Assembly: GCA_009914755.4 (NCBI GenBank)
Contig: CP068257.2
Coordinates: forward strand, 20,576,001 to 20,640,000
DNA: 64,000 nucleotides
Reading direction: 5' to 3'
Source: the human T2T-CHM13v2.0 reference genome, Homo sapiens
Part shown: positions 55,556-64,000 of the stretch, in pieces
Position numbering within the stretch: the first letter of the stretch is position 1
Layout: every line of letters starts with the position of its first letter
The notes under the pieces: generated by a model
Database searches by the model: none
What the model saw: the letters and a program-made list of their open reading frames with translations, nothing else
What the model was told of the DNA's origin: nothing
Made by a program: the position numbers and the translations under genes

Positions 55556-55879
55556 TTATATAAATACCTACATAATATCTTCAATTTTTTTATCTGGTTA
55601 GCAAGCCTGAAATTTTTACCATCTGGCCCTTTAAGAAAAAAAATCTGCTAACCTCTCATCTAGAGGAATCTGAGAAACAGATCTTCTATAGAGATAAGGT
55701 TTAGATGATGCCAGAGAGTAACCTAATTATAAAAATTAAAAGTTATGTCAGGTAGGAAACATCTTCTCCATTCCGGAGAGGGACAGCTTTTTTGACATTG
55801 GTAAACAAATTAAATTGAGAAACATTCAGAAAATTCATTGTAATTTGAAAATCAAATGCATACCAGCAATAGAATTTAA

Positions 55880-55972
55880 CAAGCCCAGAATATACCCCGA
55901 CACAAAAAAACAAAAACAAAAACAAAAAAAAACCCAGAAGCCAAAAACAAACAAACAAACAAAAAACATGGA
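55880..55972. repeat. A-rich (CAAAA)n/(CAAA)n simple repeat
   Basis: 'acaaaaaaacaaaaacaaaaacaaaaaaaaacccagaagccaaaaacaaacaaacaaacaaaaaac'. Confidence 0.9.
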
Positions 55973-56011
55973 GTTTGGTAATTACTTTCATAGAATGAAA
56001 AGCACAGTGTA

Positions 56012-56140
56012 GGCCAGGCACGGTGGCTCAGTGATACGCCTGTAATCCCAACGCTCTGGGAGGCCCCGCGGAGTGGATTACTTGAGCCCAGGAGTTTGAG
56101 ACCAGCCTGGGCCACATGGCGAGACCCCATTTCTAATTAA
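56012..56140 (+). mobile_element. Free left Alu monomer (FLAM-like) or Alu left arm, sense
   Basis: 'ggccaggcacggtggctcagtgatacgcctgtaatcccaacgctctgggaggccccgcggagtggattacttgagcccaggagtttgagaccagcctgggccacatggcgagaccccatttctaattaaaaag'. ~130 bp with no right arm. Confidence 0.8.
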
Positions 56141-56567
56141 AAAGAAAACAAAAAGAGGAAAAGTGTAGTGTGTAATAGTTCTGAATAACTTCATTCCACA
56201 TCCACCCCCACCGAATTGGTTAATATCTATAATTAGTTTGTTTCATGGTGTCAAAGAAATTTTATATTAACCAAGAAATTCAAGAAGGTCCTCAAAAACC
56301 TCTTTTTGAGCATGTTTTAACACACCAAAAATTTTCAAAGGAGAATAATGTGTAATAGTTTATTTTATATAAGCAAAAATATTTTAAACATGTACTAATT
56401 TATTAAAGATAATGTAAAGTACAGAGAGCTAGCACATTCTTTTTGGTCAAATATGTTTTTTCTTAGCATTAATGATATGTAAAACCAGAACCACAAACAG
56501 TAACTAAACACGTTGATATTTTACCAGATGACAGTTTTACTTGTGTTAAACATTAAAAATGGAAATA

Positions 56568-56956
<389 letters not shown>

Positions 56957-59368
56957 TCAAATTTTCCAAAATCAGATGTTAAAACAGATTTTGAGATACA
57001 AACTGTTTATTAGGGATCAACAGTTATTAAAGGAAGTGGGTGGAAGCCAGATTGGGCAAAAGAAGTGCAAATGCAACAAAATCCAAATTATTATTGGCTG
57101 ATCCAGCATCACGGTTTCAAAGAAAATTTGGTATGAAATACAAAATGCATAGTCATTCCAGGTTCTATAAATATTTTTCTGAGTACATTTTTTAAATCTC
57201 AAGGAGAGATACAACTTATACCCAAAAAATAACATTTAGTATGAGAAAAATATTTTAAATATTTACTAAATCATTGACAGAATTTAAGATTCTATGAGCT
57301 TACTAATAGAATTCTTTTAGAATAATCTTTTCTCCTAGATGAGAGTAAGTAATATGCAAAAAAAATTGGACAGCTAAACAAAGCACACTGTAATTGCAAC
57401 AAACTCTTCTGATTATAAACCTTCCAATATTTTACTTTTCCAAAATCAAAGGAAAATGAGCCTGCATATTTTACCTAAATGTGTAATAATTACTACTAAA
57501 AATTGCACTATATTTAATAAGCCTGAGGAGACCATTCAGTTCAGCATTCTGTGTTAACTTGACATAAAGATCACGTATTCATTAATATTTTGCCACAATA
57601 ATCTCAAATTTCATACATGCAATTAGTAAGAAGTTTCCATTCAATACCAAGAATTGAGAGTAAAACCAGACTTTCTATAATTTTGTGTTTAATTTGTAGA
57701 TGAAATATCATACCAACATTTCAGTTAACCTTATGAACATTTTGCTTAAATCCTTCAATATTTTGTTTTGAAACATGAATATACTTTCTCTGCAATTATA
57801 AATTATTCAGTTTACAAAGGATCAATCACATTGTTGCTTTCTTTTTTTGAGGTTTTATGCTATTTTATTCTGTTCTTTCATTTGTTGTTGTTTTTTTTTT
57901 TTTTCCAAATACACATATTCACATTTCTAAAAGTCAAATGGCTCAACGAGGTTTTTACCAAAAAGTAGATTCCTTTTTTTCACTTTACTCATTTCTCCCT
58001 TCCCAGAGACACAGGGTTTCAACTTGTTCAGTACTAACTTTCTTCTAAGCTATTTTGCATTGTAAGGGAGAAAATATAATTTCTTTTTTCCTCTCATATT
58101 TTCTTAGTTGAGATATTCTCCTGAAAACTAAAGTAAGACTAACAAGAGAAAAACCAGAAGTTTATTAACAGGTGCTGTGCTCATCATGCAGGAGAGGCCT
58201 CAGTTCAAAAATATTTCTCTCTCAAGGCAGTGGCTTGGGGGCCTGGTTTAAGTAGTATTTTTTTTTAAGCCATAAATCCTATGTAATGACAAGACAAAGT
58301 AAAGTGCATCTTCAGGCTTCCAAAAGGTGAGAAAATGTTGGAAGGTAAATTTCTGGGAAAAGTGGTCTTTTCCTAGACCTGCTGGTGCTACCGTCTCTGA
58401 GCTGATAAGCAAGCATCGTAAAGAGGGAAAAGGCAGAGATGGGTGCAAAAAGACCTTTTTCTTTGTAATTTGCTGTCCTGCCATCAGGAATTTGGAGCAA
58501 GGAATAGAGCCTTCTTTATCTCAGCACTCCCTGGTATTTCAGACAGAAATATTTTGGTTTCTTTCAGCATCAAATAATGTGTAAATTTCAAATACATGTT
58601 TTTAGCTCTAATCTGGGGTGGTAGTTAGCTGGGTCTTGGGCATTATGCCCATCTTGCCAACGCTATTCATCTCTTTCCTGGATAGAATGATTTTTTTTTC
58701 TTTTCCTATTCCTCATTTAGTCCTAATTTTGGGTAAAACACTTCTAGTTACTTACTAAGGGAGGTTGCATGAGTGGTAATTTTTTGAGATTGTATTCATT
58801 TAATTAAACTCTCGTATTTGATAGACAATTGCTTGGATATTGAATTTTTGCCAAAACCTTATTTTGTTTATTTTGGATGCATTGCTCCATTAAACTATAA
58901 CAAATCACATGTCTGTAGGCTTCACTGTTCTTACCTTTAAAAAGTGTTATCTTTAAAAAGAAAATGCATAAAGAAATTATTACAAATCTATGCTAATTGT
59001 AATACAGTGTATAATGAGGTCATTTGTGATAAAAGTAGTATAAAAGAGTGATGAAACATGGCAATAGAGGAGCAAATATTTGAATATTATTGAAATTACA
59101 TTCCTATTAATCTGACTTGGATTGTTGTAAATCATGATGTTAATGAAAATGGCATACCCCTACAGGTTTAGAAAATCCAGAAAGGGTACAGCATTCATTG
59201 AAAGGATATCAAGTAATCTTTTTTGTATATTTCAAAGTGAAGTAACCAGACTGATACATCCCTAGTGATGCTCACCCTCAGAACCTGTGAGCATGTTATC
59301 TTGTTATGAAAAATAAAACTTGCAGATGTGATTAAGATTAAGGACCTTCAGGTGAGGAGATTATTCTG

Positions 59369-59723
59369 GTGATATGATTTGGCTGTGTCCCCACCCAAAT
59401 CTCAACTTGAATTGTATCTCCCAGAATTCCCACGTGTTGTGAGAGGGACCTAGGGGGAGGTAATTGATTCATGGGGGCTGGTCTTTCCTGTGCTATTCTC
59501 ATGATGATGAATAAGTCTCATGAGATCTGATGGGTTTATCGGGAGTTTCTGCTTTTGATTCTTCCTCATTTTCTCTTGCCACTCCCATGTAAGAAGTGCC
59601 TTCTGCCTCCCGCCATGATTCTGAGGCCTCCCCAGCCATGTGGAACTCTAAGTCCAATTAAACCTCTTTTTCCTCCCAGTCTCAGGTATGTCTTTATCAG
59701 CAGCGTGAAAATGAACTAATACA
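59369..59723 (+). mobile_element. THE1-type MaLR solo LTR
   Basis: 'tgatatgatttggctgtgtccccacccaaatctcaacttgaattgtatctcccagaattcccacgtgttgtgagagggacctagggggaggtaattgattcatgggggctggtctttcctgtgctattctcatgatgatgaataagtctcatgagatctgatgggtttat...ccatgattctgaggcctccccagccatgtggaactctaagtccaattaaacctctttttcctcccagtctcaggtatgtctttatcagcagcgtgaaaatgaactaatacac'. Confidence 0.9.
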
Positions 59724-60091
59724 CCTGGATTAACTAGGCAGCCTAATCTAAACACTTTGACTCCTTAAAAGTGATAATCTTTCCTGAGTGAAGTAGAAGT
59801 ATGAGAATAAGGAGAGATTTCAAGTGTGAAACTGCCTCACCGTAAATGGCTTTCAAGATAGAGGAAGGAAGATGAAAGATGAGCCAAGAAATGTGGGTAG
59901 CCTCAAACAGCTGGAAACAGTCCTCACTGACAGCCAGTAAGAAAAGAAGGATTTAAGTTCAACAACTACAAGGGTCAGAATTTGGCTAATGACCTGTATG
60001 AGCAAAAGAACAATACCTACCTCAAATCCTTCAGAAAGGAAATACCTTTATTTTAGTCCTGTGAGACCTGTAAGATAATACATATGTGTAG

Positions 60092-60407
<316 letters not shown>

Positions 60408-61853
60408 CTACATGTGTGTAGTTTTAAGCTAACAAGTGTGTGATGATTTACTAAGGCATCACTACAAACCAATACATGCATTTTGAAAATAAAGATAGAA
60501 TACCTATATGAATTAACGAACTGGCATGAACAGTGGGAAGGGGTAGTGGTATCACTGCTTCATTTCCAGAGCAAATGACATAGTTTCATAATTTAAATGT
60601 GGATTACATTTAAATAGTGATGAGAGAAGTAAAGAATGTACCCCAGAAACAGTTTGAAGTTCCAAGAAAAGTGGATGAGCATTACACTTTCCCAGAATTA
60701 AAAAGCCATCAATGTGACTGGACCAGTATATTATAGTAAATGAATAATAAAGTAAATAATCATATGTTGTCAAGTTCTAAAATTCTCTGTACCTGCTCTA
60801 ATGACTTCTTTTAAGCAGATCTGTCACTATCAGTTTCCATTAAAATCCAAACAAAAAAAGAGAACAGTAATAAAATAAATATATTATATTTGTACTCCTA
60901 AAGAAAGAAGCTGAGACATAAAATATAATTTTAAAGAATGTTCTTGAGCCAAAATGAGGACCGTTGCCCAGGAAACATTTCCAGATTACCTTGGAAGTTT
61001 CTCTGTTTGGTCTTTGTTACAGGTCAGTTTTTAAGGGCAAAAAGGGGGACAAGAAGTGGGCTACAGCAAAGTTGTCAGGAATTGTTTTACAGAAATAACA
61101 TTGATTAATGATTGGCTATACATTTTTAAACTATAGACTATGAGTTATGGTGTCCAGCATGTGGTGTCGTTAGGTTAGTTTGTAGTAACTTGTGGCATCG
61201 GTCAGTCTAGAGTCCACATAGCAAGCAGCTTCAGTGATGATTGCATTGCTCAAGGGGGATAGGAGTGGGACATGATGGGTGTCTCATTTCAGTGCCTCTC
61301 TGGGCCTGACAACTTAAAGGGGGCTCACATTTCTCAGATAACAAGTTTATTTTCTTTATTATTTTCCCTTTTGGTCAAAATATTTCCTCTTGAAAGCAAT
61401 CATGATCAAAGTCTGAATTTTAAGATGTACCTTGTCGCCAAGAAGCCTTATTCTTGGATAATCCTGTCGCATATTGGGGAAAATGAGAAAATGTCATGGT
61501 GAGGAATTTTAAGACTGTGCAAAAGCCAAATTGCTATTAAAGAGTGGCAAAAATGCAACCTTAGTTGTTGATTTACATAGCTGCTATTACTTGTTGAATC
61601 ATATCTAGTCTTCAAAGTACCATGATTTTGGTTTCCTTAGAAGAAGTAAAATGAAAGATACATAGCATTAATAAGTTTAATAGTAGAAATATTATGCACA
61701 TAAGGATTGTAATGAAAAAGATAATTTGTTTGGGAACCTATTCCATCTAAGACCCAACTAAAAACTAAATGAAGTAAACTAAATCCAGTTTCTTCTTTGT
61801 ATACTTGTAGCCAAGTGGCTTCTTTGCTAAACTTTTTCTGGAAGAGTTTCTAC

Positions 61854-61895
61854 TTTTATAGGAAGTATATATATATATATATACTTCCTATAAAA
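61854..61895. repeat. 42-bp perfect palindrome 'ttttataggaagtatatatatatatatatacttcctataaaa', followed by direct repeats of 'atatacttcctata'
   Basis: Reverse complement computed by hand equals the forward sequence. Downstream 'tataaaatatatacttcctatatacttcctataaaagtatatgcttctataatatatatata'. Confidence 0.9.
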
Positions 61896-62764
61896 TATAT
61901 ACTTCCTATATACTTCCTATAAAAGTATATGCTTCTATAATATATATATAACAAGAAGTATTTATCACCAAGCATACATCTCCTTGCCCAGTCAGCATAT
62001 AGCCTAAAAAATGCAACTCTCTAGTACAACCTTAGCCGGTTAATCAATAGCTTTTTGTTGAGCTGTGATGGAGGTTACAGTTTCATCACAATATTTCCTA
62101 AAGTTATAAAAAAAATTATTACCATGTGTTCATGGAAAGTGACACCCAACCAAGGCAAAAAAGCATTCTCCCAATTAAATGCATGTAACTATCTTCTTGA
62201 TGGCTAGGCAGATAATGAGCAGATTTCTCCCAAATAGAATAACCATCCCGAATAGATTAGTGGTCACACCTAAAGAAAAGTTTGAGGGAACTAGTCTAGT
62301 GTTGTGGTTTTTTCAGAGCTATATGTACATAGAGAAGGGAACTCATCCAGTTTGTTGTTTTTTTTTTCATAGCAATAGATATAGACAGAGGAGGAAGAGA
62401 TATTGCTTTTCATTGTTTCATGCTCTTAGACGTTTATAGGCCCATCAACTAGTATGATGTATCCTAAGAGATTATATGTAGAATAATTTTACCAAAACCA
62501 GCAAGAGAGGAGTCCTATCATACGAAAGAGGCCTAAAAACACGAGTATACTCGTCAACACAAATAGGAGACCAAATGTTTCAGGTGGAGTAAACATTAGA
62601 ATCGTGAGGAACTGGGTATACAGCCCAGGTTTGGTATCTTGGCAGAATGGCAGAATCAGACTACCTCAGGTGTCAGCTACTTGATGCCTTGGTCAGAAAG
62701 ACTGTGAGTCAGCTTCAGTTAACCTTCTCCAGTGACGGAAGATGTCTACTCTGGTGGAGTTGCT

Positions 62765-63397
<633 letters not shown>

Positions 63398-63689
63398 TGG
63401 GGTTACCTTTTCTAATGAGAAACATGAATCCATAAGTCAATGTCCTTAAATCTAGCAGCACAGGAATTGGTCTACAATACCTGATATGGTCCATTCCAAT
63501 GGTGTTAGAGGGAATCTTTTACTTAGGATTGTCTCCAGTAAATGAAATCTCCAAGTTGTAGGCCATGCTTTTTAGGTCTTCATCTCCCAGAACCTCACTG
63601 TGAAATAAATATTTAATTTGGAGTTCTTAGTGAGAAGTTTTGTGAGACCTTGGCAATAATCGAGGATATCACCTTTAAGAAGTATAGGC

Positions 63690-64000
63690 TCTGTTCGTTT
63701 TGCTTAAGATCATCTTGGCAACGTGGGCTTTTTTTTGGTTCCATATGAAATTTAAAGTAGTTTTTTTTTTTTCCAGTTCTGTGAAGAAAGTCATTGGTAG
63801 CTTAATGGGAATGGCATTGAATCTATAAATTACTTTGGGCAGTATGGTCATTTTCACGATATTGAATCTTCCTATCCATGAGCATGGAGTATTCTTATTC
63901 TTCCATTTGTTTGTGTCCTCTTTTATTTCATTGAGCAGTGGTTTGCAGTTCTTCTTGAAGAGGTCCTTCAAATCCCTTGTAAGTTGGATTCCTAGGTATT
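63690..64000 (-). mobile_element. L1 (L1PA-type, fairly low divergence) ORF2 fragment, antisense. Runs off the window end
   Basis: Track ORF 63675-63971 (-) translates to '[94 protein letters not shown]'. This is L1 ORF2 ('...[69 protein letters not shown]...'). The DNA matches antisense L1: 'gggcttttttttggttccatatgaa...ttactttgggcagtatggtcattttcacgatattgaatcttcctatccatgagcatgga'. Confidence 0.92.

Overview
This window is not prokaryotic. It is primate, most likely human, nuclear genomic DNA. The evidence is at least nine Alu copies, several L1 remnants, MaLR LTRs of the THE1, MST and MLT1 types, and a pol/LTR remnant of the HERV-L class of endogenous retrovirus (ERVL in the features below). 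Alu is primate-specific, and AluY, L1PA and THE1 point to a catarrhine or hominoid genome. The region is AT-rich, has no obvious CpG island, and is densely packed with nested retroelements and simple repeats. I could not support any cellular protein-coding gene or RNA gene from the sequence alone. Nearly every ORF in the supplied track is a chance ORF in AT-rich or repeat DNA, or a decayed fragment of transposable-element coding sequence (L1 ORF2, ERVL pol, the THE1 internal region, Alu). The most structured part is 24.7-32.3 kb. It holds two MaLR LTRs, then a 5'-truncated ERVL provirus remnant (the 3' half of pol plus an MLT2-type 3' LTR), then a compound microsatellite, then a complete THE1 element (LTR-internal-LTR) that itself carries a 5'-truncated Alu with a perfect 16-bp target-site duplication. 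Other points worth a second look are listed in the findings. They include an AT-rich minisatellite with inverted L1-derived arms that grew out of the TATATA motif of an antisense L1, a ~35-unit (GGAA)n microsatellite, a 42-bp perfect palindrome, and a local rearrangement at 48-50.7 kb. That rearrangement has dispersed duplicated segments, a 3x ~80-bp (GATA)-containing tandem repeat, and a ~72-bp inverted repeat around one duplicate. I see no evidence of a novel biological system in the prokaryotic sense. All coordinates are read by eye and are approximate to about 10 bp. Subfamily names are from memory of consensus sequences and should be confirmed with RepeatMasker or Dfam.
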